64,000 bases of DNA from Promethearchaeota archaeon (GCA_048940445.1 JBHLON010000005.1:1-64000), one strand, 5' to 3'. Shown: positions 1-10,667, numbered from the stretch's first letter. A program made the numbers and translations. The notes: generated by a model from the letters alone, not told the origin.

Positions 1-3
1 AGT

Positions 4-720
4 GTGAAAAATATAAATCCAAAAATTCATATACATGCATTTTCACCTCAGGAAATATATTACATCTCAAAATTATCTGGGAATTCAATTGAATATACTT
101 TAAGAACTTTAAAAGATCATGGTTTAGGTTCTATCCCTGGTACAGCAGCGGAGATTTTAGTAGACAAAATAAGAAGAATTATATGTCCAAACAAACTGAA
201 CACCTCTAAATGGATTGAGGTAATATCTATTGCTCACAAATTGGGTATTCCAACAACTTCGACAATGATGTACGGACATATTGAGGATTTAGAAGACAGG
301 ATCACTCATTTAGAAATAATAAGAAATATACAGAAAGAAACCCATGGTTTTACTGAATTCGTTCCCTTACCTTTTGTCAAAGAAAAACCATTGTTGTCGA
401 GATTAAAAGATTTTCCATTGAAGCCTAGTTATGGAATGGCAGACTTGAAGTTATTCAGTGTAGCACGGATATTTTTTAATAATTATATTGATAATATTCA
501 ATGTTCGTGGGTAAAATTAGGACCTAAATTTGCGCAAGTATCTTTGAATTATGGAGTTAACGATTTTTCAGGAACCTTAATGGAAGAAAATATTTCGAAA
601 AGTGCTGGCTCTGAATTTGGAGAATATTTATCTCCTGAAGAAATTATTAAAATTATAAAAGCTGCTGGCAAAAAACCAGCTCAAAGAGACACGTTATATA
701 ACATTATAAAATATTTCTAA
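4..720 (+). CDS. cofH: FO synthase subunit 2 (CofH/MqnC-like radical SAM), 5'-partial
   Basis: Motifs HIHAFSPQEI, SIPGTAAEIL, TMMYGHIE, NIQCSWVKLG, GTLMEENIS; the gene probably begins before the window. Confidence 0.85.
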   Translation: MKNINPKIHIHAFSPQEIYYISKLSGNSIEYTLRTLKDHGLGSIPGTAAEILVDKIRRIICPNKLNTSKWIEVISIAHKLGIPTTSTMMYGHIEDLEDRITHLEIIRNIQKETHGFTEFVPLPFVKEKPLLSRLKDFPLKPSYGMADLKLFSVARIFFNNYIDNIQCSWVKLGPKFAQVSLNYGVNDFSGTLMEENISKSAGSEFGEYLSPEEIIKIIKAAGKKPAQRDTLYNIIKYF

Positions 721-2579
721 GTTTTGCGATCTTGTAAGAAATTTAGAACATAACGTTGCGCTATTAAATCCGAACTAACTTTTCCCAAAACCTCACCATC
801 TTTAACAACGGGCATTGCTGATATTTGATATTGTTCTAGTTCTCGAATAATATCTAGAATTGTGAATTCCGGAGAGGTACTGATAACATCTTTAGTCATT
901 ATTTTCTCAAGTGATATATTCCGTACTCCTTCTGCAGTAGATTTGGTTATATCCCAATCCGTCACAACCCCAACAAGTTTATTGTTAGAGATTACAGCAA
1001 CAATTCCACTGTTTTTTTCAATCATTAAAGCTGCTGCTTCTTGAATACTACATCCCACCTCTATTGTTGGTATCGGTACCATTATATCTTTAGCTTTTCG
1101 TTCTCTTTCTTTCGCTGTTAATCTTTGAATACTAATTCTTTCTGCAGCAACACAGGGGAGAATATCTGGATTATTAGATAATATATCTACTAATTCAATC
1201 ATATTATGGCTAATCACATCCTTTCTATAGCCTTCACCAGCAATTAGACGACTCTTAGATAATTCTTCAAACTCTTTAGCATGTTCAAATAACCATTGAT
1301 CCACAGCTTTACGGTTTCCAAGAAATTTATCAGGTATTTGAAGATGATCGGGAGTTCTTATTAAATGTTCTTGAGCAGCGAAGATAACTCCGCCAGAGTT
1401 TACTAAATAATCATTTGCTATCATAACTCCTTTCTCTCGATATACAATTTGTTCCATACGTATCCGGGCGGCTTTTCTATTTGGATCTGGAGAATACGTA
1501 TTCGCACCCTCTACTATTACCGCCCAATTTCCCATTCTCTCTACTAACATTGAAGGATTCTCTGATTGCCAAACACCTAGATAATTGAATATGGGGGCCG
1601 CTGGTATCAAACAAAAAGCATTTTCAAGCAATAAATTGTTAGGATTTGTAGAAAATTTAGTTGGATGTTTATATCCTTCTGGAAGGATCTTTCTTTTAAA
1701 ATATATATTGGTAACGAGCCCTTTTTCTTTCCATAAATCAAATAGATTTTTAACTGGCAACCCTAATTCATTATAGAGATATCCTTCAAGATCGCTAATT
1801 CCTGTAATCTTGACTAAAGGCATTCTTTCTTTTAATATGCGTGAAGTATGAGCACCAACAGCTCCAAACCCTTGAATCAAAACTGTGAGTTGTTCTAATT
1901 TAGGAATTTCTAAATTCGCGAAATGAGGAAGCATACGTAACCTAGGCATAATTTCTAATAATGTTTGTAATGCTGTCACTACTCCTCCAGCAGCAGCTCC
2001 AAGTTCGTCTATGCGATTCCCTCCCATATCTGCGGGTTTTGATACAGCACTATCTAACCCGTTTTCAATAGCTATAGTCTTCATATCAGAATCATTAGTA
2101 CCTACATCAGGACCTGGAACGTAAATGCTTTTATAACGTCGAATTAGGTGAGCAAATCCTTTGATTATTTGATCGTGTATTTCTGGAGTTATATCTCTTT
2201 CAGCTACTATACCAGATTTACCACCCCCATATGGAAGGTTAGCAGCTGCATTTTTAAGAGTCATTCCTCGAGCTAAATTATAGATATCTGAAGGTATTAT
2301 ATCTGGAAGCATACGTATCCCTCCCATCGAGGGGGTACCCATTGAAAGAGAATCAACTACTAAATAACCACCAATTTCCAACTGGGATTTTTCATCCCAC
2401 ATGCAACTTACAAGTTTAGGACCAACTTTATCTGCAATAATTCCTAAACGTGATAAAAGGTGGACATCAAGAGTACTGAATTCAAGATAACACATTCCAT
2501 CCTCTTTCTTAAGTCGAGTTTTAAGGGTTGCTTCAGGTAAATTTTCCTTTAAAAACACATTCATTCTTTTTGGAATCAT
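717..2579 (-). CDS. Glu/Leu/Phe/Val dehydrogenase fused to a C-terminal CBS pair
   Basis: GGIRM, MTLKNAAANLPYGGGKSGI, PGPDVGT, IQGFGAVG, EGAN, NSGGV; the last ~120 aa form tandem CBS domains. Confidence 0.85.
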   Translation of the reverse strand: MIPKRMNVFLKENLPEATLKTRLKKEDGMCYLEFSTLDVHLLSRLGIIADKVGPKLVSCMWDEKSQLEIGGYLVVDSLSMGTPSMGGIRMLPDIIPSDIYNLARGMTLKNAAANLPYGGGKSGIVAERDITPEIHDQIIKGFAHLIRRYKSIYVPGPDVGTNDSDMKTIAIENGLDSAVSKPADMGGNRIDELGAAAGGVVTALQTLLEIMPRLRMLPHFANLEIPKLEQLTVLIQGFGAVGAHTSRILKERMPLVKITGISDLEGYLYNELGLPVKNLFDLWKEKGLVTNIYFKRKILPEGYKHPTKFSTNPNNLLLENAFCLIPAAPIFNYLGVWQSENPSMLVERMGNWAVIVEGANTYSPDPNRKAARIRMEQIVYREKGVMIANDYLVNSGGVIFAAQEHLIRTPDHLQIPDKFLGNRKAVDQWLFEHAKEFEELSKSRLIAGEGYRKDVISHNMIELVDILSNNPDILPCVAAERISIQRLTAKERERKAKDIMVPIPTIEVGCSIQEAAALMIEKNSGIVAVISNNKLVGVVTDWDITKSTAEGVRNISLEKIMTKDVISTSPEFTILDIIRELEQYQISAMPVVKDGEVLGKVSSDLIAQRYVLNFLQDRKT

Positions 2580-2775
2580 ATTTATATCAATTCAAAATGA
2601 AGAATATTAATCGTTGGGTATGTTTAGTAATATGAGTCTTTCTAATTTAAAAGTGTCTGGTTTAATTTGTTTCACATTCAAAACTCATAAGTTAATAAAT
2701 ATCAATTAAAGCCGTATTTAATAGAACTAAATTATTGGAATTTTAGCAAAAAAAGATGATGGAGCAGTTATTTGT

Positions 2776-4356
2776 TTAATCATCTTGAATATAAGCTTTT
2801 CCAGAGTTTAAGCATAATTCTGCTTTAGTTAGTTCTCTTCCAAGATAGTTTATATGATATAAATTATTCGTCAAATTAGACTCAATTACTTTTTTGCTAA
2901 TACTTTCTGCATCCTCCCCCAGTAAAGTATAAAGTAGTTTATCTTCGTTTGTATAGAATTGTAGATAAATTTTCCTAGAATAATGGTTAATATAAATTCT
3001 AAAATATCCCTTTTCATCCGGGTTATATTCTTGATTTATGCCCTCTAAAATGATTGCTTTCTCTTGATCAATAACAGGAGCTTTTTGAGATGTTTTCTTT
3101 TTTGCTTTGAAGATTTCTATACCTAAATTTATAGGTGGTGATTTTCTAAATTTTGCAAGGTAGTTTAATTTAATACTATCTTTTAATTCTCTAACTCCTC
3201 CCATTAATTTAGTACTATGTTCAACTGTGAAAACGATTCCTACATCTAATTCAATCGCAATGCTGGCTAAGAGTCCATTAATCCCCACAGAATCAATATC
3301 CATCAATTCTACAACGTTTGATACTCCAAAGAACATTGGAGCTTCAAATTTTTTATAATTATCTTCAGTAACTTTCTTTTTATAGATAAAGTAGGTTTCT
3401 AAAGATGGACAAATTCCGGGAGAAATGGGTGTTTCTAGTAGAGGATCCGCAATAATCTTACTAAACCCATAAGTTTGAAGTTCATGAGTTAATTTGAATA
3501 AGTTATTGACTCTTGTGGCTGGGTCTTTTGGAAAGTAAGCAGTTTTAATATTTGTTGGTAAGATCACTATCGGTATATCTTTTGGCAAATCAAGACAATC
3601 CTTATAATTCCCAGCATCAAGACTAAGAATCATATCCACCCCTTCCTCAACTGCTGCAAAAATCTCATTCTTTACCATTGAATCTACACTTAATAAAATA
3701 TCAAACTTTTTTCTGATAAGTCTAATGGCTTGTTTTATTCTGTTCGGATTTGGTTTATTTGCAACACATCCAATATCTACTATATCAGCACCAGACTCAA
3801 TATAATATTTTACTTTTTTAAGTATGTTCTTATCACTTTTTTCAGTACAATTGACGATTTCAGCAATCACAGGAGGGGGCAGATTACGACCTAATATAAG
3901 ATCTGATTTATCTTCATTAATATAAAAGGTGTGATTAGAAATATTATTTCTAGCAATTTTATATTGCTCTTTTACATATTCTCTAAACTCTTTCTCACCA
4001 GAGGCTTCAATTAGTCTATTAGCTGGAACCGTATTTGATAAATTAACAGTTTCTAAACTTTTCAATATTAAAGGTAAATCTGAAGCGAATTCGGGCCCTT
4101 TTCGTATTTTTATTCTGTACTTTTCTTCTAAGGGAGTAGTATCCCATTGTACAAATCCAGGAAGTAGAATTAAATCAAAATTAGTAATACTGATTTTATT
4201 AATAATTTCATGAACTAATTCTTCTGATATAAATGCTGAAACTGAAATTTGGGCTTTTAAAACTTCAATTTCATAATTTTTTATTGATTGGACAATTTTT
4301 TTGATGATTTGATAACTGTTTAAACCAGTAATTATTAATATTTTAATGTTTATCAC
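2776..4356 (-). CDS. Dihydropteroate synthase-like protein (archaeal methanopterin pathway) with C-terminal DUF4346-like domain
   Basis: Pterin-binding barrel (GADIVDIG, LSVDS, IIADPLL, FFGVSNVVELMDIDSVGIN); C-terminal DEKGYFRI...HINYLGREL. Confidence 0.8.
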   Translation of the reverse strand: MINIKILIITGLNSYQIIKKIVQSIKNYEIEVLKAQISVSAFISEELVHEIINKISITNFDLILLPGFVQWDTTPLEEKYRIKIRKGPEFASDLPLILKSLETVNLSNTVPANRLIEASGEKEFREYVKEQYKIARNNISNHTFYINEDKSDLILGRNLPPPVIAEIVNCTEKSDKNILKKVKYYIESGADIVDIGCVANKPNPNRIKQAIRLIRKKFDILLSVDSMVKNEIFAAVEEGVDMILSLDAGNYKDCLDLPKDIPIVILPTNIKTAYFPKDPATRVNNLFKLTHELQTYGFSKIIADPLLETPISPGICPSLETYFIYKKKVTEDNYKKFEAPMFFGVSNVVELMDIDSVGINGLLASIAIELDVGIVFTVEHSTKLMGGVRELKDSIKLNYLAKFRKSPPINLGIEIFKAKKKTSQKAPVIDQEKAIILEGINQEYNPDEKGYFRIYINHYSRKIYLQFYTNEDKLLYTLLGEDAESISKKVIESNLTNNLYHINYLGRELTKAELCLNSGKAYIQDD

Positions 4357-5465
4357 TCAATGAATTTCTTTTTATCAAATGGAATGTATATATCATCTAA
4401 TATTGATCCTGATGCCTCTTCTATCCTTAAATTATCTATTATCGGTTTAAATTTTCCTCCTAATAATCCATTAGCTATGAAAGCTGCACCTTGTGCTGCC
4501 TGTTTTGATAAGTGGCTATAGGATTTCATTAGTTTTACTGGAGCGACATCATTAAGATTTCGTATTATCTTATCTTTTAGATATTTTAAATCTGTGCCAC
4601 GACCAGCGATAAGAACTTCTTTTATCTTAGATTTTCTAGAGAAAGATGAAGATATTGCATAAACAGATTTCTTTACACTAGATAGATATGCATTAAGTGC
4701 AACATTAGTTTGCTCATCTCTTTCAGCTAACAACGAGATTTCTTTTAAACTTAAATCTTTATATCCCGCGATATAGGATACTCCACCCTTATAGATATTT
4801 TTTTTCTTAATATTTTTAATTAAATATGCCAATTCTCCATCAAGACTCCCGCATGCTCTGAATCCCATAATATTAGAACCTCCAATTCCATCAATAATTT
4901 GACCATTTTCTATGGCTAAAACAGCAGTAAATCCGTAACCAATTTCAACCATAATAAAGTTAGTACTTTCAGGGGGTACTTCAAATCGTTCCATCTGATC
5001 TCTAATCCCTGTAACTGCTGTACATAATTTATCTGCTGTACCCATATCAATTTTATTTATTTTCCTATACCGTGGAATAGTCGGTAGATGTTTGACTCCT
5101 GGAACGATTACTCCAGGAATTTTCTCAATTTTTATTAAACGTAATACCTCTCCTAATCCTATCAACTTATTTTTTTCTTCTTTATCAAATTTTAAAAGGG
5201 TAAAAAAAAGGTCTTTTTCAGTTAAGTCAGATACTTTTTTTAGAGGGAGCCCAAAACCACTCGGAGCAACCATTAAATCTATATTTTCTACAGATTTTAC
5301 CAATGATATTACTTTTTGAGGTTCTTTAATCAATTCCTTTGTGGGAATTGATGAGTCTAATATAATATCGTTACCTTCTAAACCAAAGAAATCCCAACTA
5401 AGTGTTCCTGGATCTACTCCTAAAGTTATAAGATTATTCTCATTTCTCATTCTATCAAAAATCAT
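4353..5465 (-). CDS. DUF1464 family protein (ASKHA/acetate-kinase-like fold)
   Basis: GVDPGTLSWD, APSGFGLP, NKIDMGTADK, GSLDGELAY, AAQGAAFIANGLLGG. Confidence 0.8.
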   Translation of the reverse strand: MIFDRMRNENNLITLGVDPGTLSWDFFGLEGNDIILDSSIPTKELIKEPQKVISLVKSVENIDLMVAPSGFGLPLKKVSDLTEKDLFFTLLKFDKEEKNKLIGLGEVLRLIKIEKIPGVIVPGVKHLPTIPRYRKINKIDMGTADKLCTAVTGIRDQMERFEVPPESTNFIMVEIGYGFTAVLAIENGQIIDGIGGSNIMGFRACGSLDGELAYLIKNIKKKNIYKGGVSYIAGYKDLSLKEISLLAERDEQTNVALNAYLSSVKKSVYAISSSFSRKSKIKEVLIAGRGTDLKYLKDKIIRNLNDVAPVKLMKSYSHLSKQAAQGAAFIANGLLGGKFKPIIDNLRIEEASGSILDDIYIPFDKKKFIE

Positions 5466-5612
5466 TTATTTTTGACATTAACTATATATGAATGTACAAT
5501 AATTCTTTTTATATTTACTAGTTTACAACTATAAATTAATAGGAGTACATCTATATTTTTAGAAATATAAAAGATTTGATTCTCAAAATTTAAATCAAAT
5601 GTAATTAAATTA

Positions 5613-6335
5613 ATGTCGAATCTCATGACAACAAATTTTCAAAAGTTAGGAATTAAAGGAGGTTGCTTATATGAAATATTAGCGACAACTTTTTCTAAAA
5701 AAAATGAGGAGATAATACCAAATGCATCATGTATGGGAATTAGAATAAAGGACAACAACACTATACATATTATTCCCTATCCTGACACAAATACTTATAA
5801 AAATTTAAAAGAAAATGGTCTGATTTGTATCAATTTTGTGGAGAATGTCTATATATATGCGTTAGCAGCATTAAAGGGACCTTATCTTTCTGAGAAGTAT
5901 ATAGTTTTTCCAATGAAATATTACAATTACTATAATTTAAATTACAATTATGAATTAACTAGAAGAACAATCAAAATTCCATTTATCAAATCTGCTTGGG
6001 CAATATTAATTGGTGAAGTAATTAATGAAATGCATTTTACTAAACAAGATGATTTTGGAGAAATTAAACTAACCAATTTTATCTTAAACAACATTCTAAT
6101 TAATAAGTTTAAAGAATCACACAAATTATTTAATAGAGCTGAAAATTTAGTGTTAGAAACTATTATTATGGTTACCAGATTGAAAACAGCTTTTGAAACA
6201 AAAAAAGAGAATTTAGTGATGAAATACCAAAGAAAAATTGAAGAAACTATTAAGAGTATAAAAAGATTTGGAAAAAATCCAGATAACCTTAAGAGTGTGT
6301 ATCTTATAGAGGATTATCTCCAAAATTTAAAGTAA
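5613..6335 (+). CDS. DUF447 family protein
   Basis: YEILATT, PNASCMGI, TNTYKN, FNRAENLVLE; lies within the methanopterin gene cluster. Confidence 0.7.
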   Translation: MSNLMTTNFQKLGIKGGCLYEILATTFSKKNEEIIPNASCMGIRIKDNNTIHIIPYPDTNTYKNLKENGLICINFVENVYIYALAALKGPYLSEKYIVFPMKYYNYYNLNYNYELTRRTIKIPFIKSAWAILIGEVINEMHFTKQDDFGEIKLTNFILNNILINKFKESHKLFNRAENLVLETIIMVTRLKTAFETKKENLVMKYQRKIEETIKSIKRFGKNPDNLKSVYLIEDYLQNLK

Positions 6336-6340
6336 ATATT

Positions 6341-6727
6341 TTATTCTATTTTCTCAATGTACATAAGGGGATATTTTAAATCTTCAATCCATTCTACTTT
6401 TGCTAATATATTTACTGATTCATATTGAACCTCAATTTGAGCCTTAATTACTTTACCCGATATTTCATCATAGGCAAATTCATTTGATTTATCTCCAATG
6501 ATTTTATCTTTATCAAGATTTATTTTTACTCTTTTAACAAAAGGTTGACATGATATAGAAGCTTCTATCCCTCTTTCAATAGAATTGATTGTATCTTCAT
6601 TTGAAGATATAGGAATTCCACATAGAATATGATAGAGTGCTCCAAGCTTTATTCCTATTTCAAAACAAGCCCTCTCTCTTTCAGAAAGATCTATAGGAAA
6701 AAATTTATTATAATTATTTGTTGACAT
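6341..6727 (-). CDS. mptD: Archaeal dihydroneopterin aldolase
   Basis: ERACFEIGIKLGALYH, SISCQPFV, YPLMYI. Confidence 0.85.
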   Translation of the reverse strand: MSTNNYNKFFPIDLSERERACFEIGIKLGALYHILCGIPISSNEDTINSIERGIEASISCQPFVKRVKINLDKDKIIGDKSNEFAYDEISGKVIKAQIEVQYESVNILAKVEWIEDLKYPLMYIEKIE

Positions 6728-7740
6728 TAAATATCACTTAAATATTCAATTTTAGCTCCACAATTATTAGGTTTACAGATATAGATATGACCTCCAATAT
6801 CTTTTAAATACATCTGTATCTCTTTTAACAAATCATTAGCTTCAGGTTCAGATTCGGTTATTCCAATGACACTGGGTCCAAAAGATGACATTCCATAGGC
6901 TTTCAAGCCATAATTTTCAAAAAACTTTAAAAGATATTTTACAATATCATTTTGAAGGCTTATTTCAATTTTCTTAAAACCTATGCTCTGGATTCTTTTT
7001 AGACCTTCTCCAAAACACTTTAAATCTCGCTTTATTATACCAGGAATAACTTTCATTAATACTTGGTGTGAAACTTCATTAACTTCTTCTTTTGGTATAG
7101 GAGCATAATTTTGAAAAATGCTAACTTCATCATCTCCATATGCGCCTTTACCCACATTTGGAATTACGAGAACAAATCTCCAATTCGTTGGAATATCATG
7201 TCTAAAAAGAGTTAGGGCTGGTTCAGCATTTTTTGAAGCAGAAGAGGGTAAAAAAGTTTCCTTTTCTTTTCCTTGACCGAAATCATGTCCAGCATCTAAA
7301 ATAAAACCACCTCTTTCAAATCCTCGCCACCCAATACCTGATGTTCCGCCTCTTTCTACAATCTTGGTCAAGTCTTCTAACTTGATATTCTTAATATTCT
7401 TTAGAAGAGTGATAGCACGGGCAATTGCTAAGGATAGTTGGGTTTTTGAACCTAAACCTACATGACTAGGATAATATCTTTTAAGGTGGAAATGAAAGTT
7501 TTTATTACTAATATTAAATACTTTAAAAACTTTTGAAGCTTTTTCATTTATAACTTCTATAGATTCACGATAATATTTATGAGCTTCAATCTTAAATTCC
7601 TGTGCATTATTAGATGCCTCAAAAATAACATTAGGTCTATCTAACATTAAACCAATACCCCCATCCACCCTACCAGTGTATCCATTTTCATCTATTAGTG
7701 AAAGATGTATCCTACACGGGGCTGTAATTCTAATTTTCAT
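6727..7740 (-). CDS. mptG: beta-ribofuranosylaminobenzene 5'-phosphate (RFAP) synthase, GHMP family
   Basis: PCRIHLSLID, GRVDGGIG, HVGLGSKTQ, RGGTSGIG, GGFILDAGH, GMSSFGP. Confidence 0.9.
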   Translation of the reverse strand: MKIRITAPCRIHLSLIDENGYTGRVDGGIGLMLDRPNVIFEASNNAQEFKIEAHKYYRESIEVINEKASKVFKVFNISNKNFHFHLKRYYPSHVGLGSKTQLSLAIARAITLLKNIKNIKLEDLTKIVERGGTSGIGWRGFERGGFILDAGHDFGQGKEKETFLPSSASKNAEPALTLFRHDIPTNWRFVLVIPNVGKGAYGDDEVSIFQNYAPIPKEEVNEVSHQVLMKVIPGIIKRDLKCFGEGLKRIQSIGFKKIEISLQNDIVKYLLKFFENYGLKAYGMSSFGPSVIGITESEPEANDLLKEIQMYLKDIGGHIYICKPNNCGAKIEYLSDI

Positions 7741-7909
7741 GTTCAGTTAATTAAGATTAAGAGCTATTAAGTAGAATTTTCAAAATAATTTAAATATAAT
7801 ATATATATTTAAAGCAAGATTATTCTCTAAAATTTCAGTTAAACAAATTATTATAAAATAAAGAAGCATATATCATTATTTGTAATCTTTAGATTGGTTT
7901 TTTTTAACA

Positions 7910-8329
7910 TTGTTGTCAAGACTAGATAAATTCATAGCGTACGAGAATAAAAGGTGTCTAAATATCGTTAAAGTCTTTATTGTAGAGGATGACTCATCCT
8001 TGAGAGTTCTTTATGAAAAGGTGTTGAGTTTGAGTGGATATGAGGTAATTGGATTAGCTAAAGATGGGGAAGAAGCAGTCAATATGTATAAAGATTTTTT
8101 AGAAAAACCCGATGTAATTATTATGGACCACAGAATGCCAATTAAAAATGGAATTGAAGCAACCAAGGAAATATTCGATAATTCAAGTAAAGAGAAACCA
8201 AAAATTATTTTTGCTAGTGCAGATCAGACAATTAAGGATTTAGCTCTCACTATTGGAGTGACAAGCTTTAAAAGTAAACCATTTACTCTTGAAAACCTTT
8301 TTAATAATATTGAAAAGGCTATAAGCTAA
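7910..8329 (+). CDS. Single-domain response regulator (receiver); true start probably later
   Basis: VFIVEDD, DVIIMDHRMPIKNG, FASAD, KPF. Confidence 0.85.
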   Translation: MLSRLDKFIAYENKRCLNIVKVFIVEDDSSLRVLYEKVLSLSGYEVIGLAKDGEEAVNMYKDFLEKPDVIIMDHRMPIKNGIEATKEIFDNSSKEKPKIIFASADQTIKDLALTIGVTSFKSKPFTLENLFNNIEKAIS

Positions 8330-8429
8330 TTTTTCAGTTTGAAAATTTTTGAATTTGGAATACTCATAACATTATTATAATATAAAGATTTTTTAAGATT
8401 GAAATTTTGTTTAATCGATTATAATAAGA

Positions 8430-9845
8430 GTGAAAAATTTGAGTGACCTAGAGGGTTTAACAAGGAATTTAATAAAAAAAGGAGATTCAGATGGAAAAAT
8501 TCTTCAACGTTTAGTCCAAGAATATTTTGATTTTAAAGAAATAGAGAAAGAATCTGCACTAAGGAATGCAAAAGCGATCCTAGAAGAATGCAAAAAAAGT
8601 GATTTAAAATCTGTATCTAATAGATTCATAAAAAATTTATTGAAAGTAAATAATTCAGGAGTTACCGTTGGTACTCAAGGTGTTGGTTGTCGAGGAGCAG
8701 GAGATTTTTTTGTTCATAAATTGATTGCAGAATTATCAGAAACAAAAGCTAAAGCATATTTATCTCCTAAATCTCTAGATGACGCTGGAGCAGTAAGGAT
8801 TTCTGATGTTGAAGATTTAAAAACCAATGAAGATCTCATAATCGTATCTAAGATGGAAGGTATTCATAGCCGCTTGAGTGATTTTCCATTTTTGTGTGGC
8901 TTTCATGTAATTTTATGCAGTAGGTTTGCATAAAGCGTATCGAGGGCTGCACTTAGGGATTTATACGTTAAGGGTTCTATTCCTATTTCTATAATGGTTG
9001 ATGCTCACCTAGGAGATGATGCTGATGTTGGAAAACTATTCGATTTTATGGCAGGTGTGTCAGCAATCTCAGAGTTAGCTCAAGTTCCTATAACGGCGGG
9101 GTCAACCTTAAGAATTGGAGGAGATATGGTTATCGGAGAGAGGTTCGTTGGAGGTCTTGCCGCAATTGGGATAGCATCGAAAAAACTCCTTGCTAGAAGG
9201 CAAATTCAACCTGGTGATAAAATTCTCATGACTGAAGGAGCAGGAGGTGGTACTATCACTACTACAGCAATTTATTCGGGAAATCATGAGATAATAAAAG
9301 AAACTTTAAACATTAAGTTTTTAGAAGCTTCAAAAATCATTTTAAATTCGCCCTATCTTTCTAAAATTCGAGCGATGTGTGATGTCACTAACGGGGGTTT
9401 AAGAGGAGATCTTTACGAAATAAATTACGAAGCTGGATGCGGAGTAACGATCTATGAAGAAAAAGTAAGAAGTTTAGTAAACAAAAATGTATTATCCTTA
9501 TTAGACTCAGTACATGTTGATTATTTAGGAGTATCATTAGATGCATTATTGATATATTGTTCCCAGGAAGTCGTTGGTGATATCATTCTAGATCTCGAAA
9601 AAAATCACATTAAATGTGCCGAGATTGGATACGTGGATGATTCAAAAACAGTTTCAATGATTTCTCAAGATGAAAAACAAAACATTTTACCACGTTTTAG
9701 GGAATCAGCTTATACAAAAATAAAGCAAGAAGTAGGTGAAGAAACTCCTAAGAATATAGAACAAATGGAAATAAGATTGAAAGAAGCAGCAAATGAAGCT
9801 TTTGAAAAGCGAAACAAAATAATTGAATATTTGTCTCATAATTAG
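8430..9845 (+). CDS. AIR synthase-related protein (PurM/HypE/SelD superfamily), spliced as join(8430..8910,8941..9845), ~461 aa
   Basis: The two ORF-track pieces are the N- and C-halves of one family (GVGCRGAGDF, LDDAG, GIHSRLSDFPFL; DAHLGDDADV, GSTLRIGGD, DVTNGG). Removing 8911-8940 gives GFHVTRAALRDLYVKG. Confidence 0.88.
8911..8940 (+). other. 30-nt BHB intron in an mRNA (AIR synthase-related gene)
   Basis: Outer stem GGCUUUC/GAGGGCU, central helix AUGU/GCGU, bulges AA|U and AU|C, inner stem UUUAUGCA/UGCAUAAA; contains an in-frame TAA. Confidence 0.88.
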
Positions 9846-9848
9846 CAA

Positions 9849-10667
9849 TCATGTAAGTACTTCATTAAGGGAACCAGACCGAAATCCTTCTAGATCAATT
9901 GTAATATAACAAAAACCTAATTCTCTAAATTTAGTTTTAATTTTATTTATATTTTTTTTATTTAAGATTTGTATTAGGTCTTCTTGTAAAAGCTCAATAC
10001 GTGCAAGTTTCTCTTCATGATATCTGACTCGTAACTGCTTCAAATTAAAATTACTTCTTAAAAATCTTTCACCTTCTCTTATCATGGTCAGTTTTTTTTC
10101 GTCTATTGGTTGATTATAAGGAATACGTGATGAAAAGCACGCCATAGAAGGTTTTCCTTTAACTTCTAAGTTATAAAATTCTGCAATTTTTCTTATATCT
10201 TTTTTTGTTAGATTAAAATCAATATAAGGTGTAGCGATATCTAATTCATTTAAAGCTTGCATTCCTGGTCTATAATCAGAGAGATCATCTTGATTTGATC
10301 CATCAAGAATTACATCAAAATTCTTTTCATTTTTAATTTTGATAATGTCCCTATATAAGCCGGTTTTACAGATATAGCATCTATTATGAGGATTTTTCTT
10401 AAATTCTTCATTTTCAAGTGGATTTCTTTTAATTATGAGGTGAGGTATATCATATGTTTTTGCAAATTTACTTGCATCTTGAATCTCTTCATCAGGATAA
10501 AGGATTGATTTTTCTGTGACAAGAAGTGTATCCTTTGCATGTTTTTTTGATAGAAATGCAAGAAGACTACTATCAACTCCACCAGAAAACGCAACAATTA
10601 CTTTTTTATCAGTTAAATATGATATAAGTTTTTCTGCTTTAGATTGTAGATTAAATGATAATTTCAT
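9849..10667 (-). CDS. larE: ATP-dependent sacrificial sulfur transferase LarE family (PP-loop)
   Basis: AFSGGVDS, RCYICK, DYRPG, ACFSSRIPY, LRVRYH, GFRSGSLN. Confidence 0.88.
   Translation of the reverse strand: MKLSFNLQSKAEKLISYLTDKKVIVAFSGGVDSSLLAFLSKKHAKDTLLVTEKSILYPDEEIQDASKFAKTYDIPHLIIKRNPLENEEFKKNPHNRCYICKTGLYRDIIKIKNEKNFDVILDGSNQDDLSDYRPGMQALNELDIATPYIDFNLTKKDIRKIAEFYNLEVKGKPSMACFSSRIPYNQPIDEKKLTMIREGERFLRSNFNLKQLRVRYHEEKLARIELLQEDLIQILNKKNINKIKTKFRELGFCYITIDLEGFRSGSLNEVLT

Noticed and set aside
8931-8933. Stop read-through or Sec/Pyl recoding, or a pseudogene, as the explanation for the split AIR-synthase-related gene
   Set aside because: The stop is TAA, not TGA or TAG; read-through would add 10 residues inside a conserved motif; the insert forms a complete BHB
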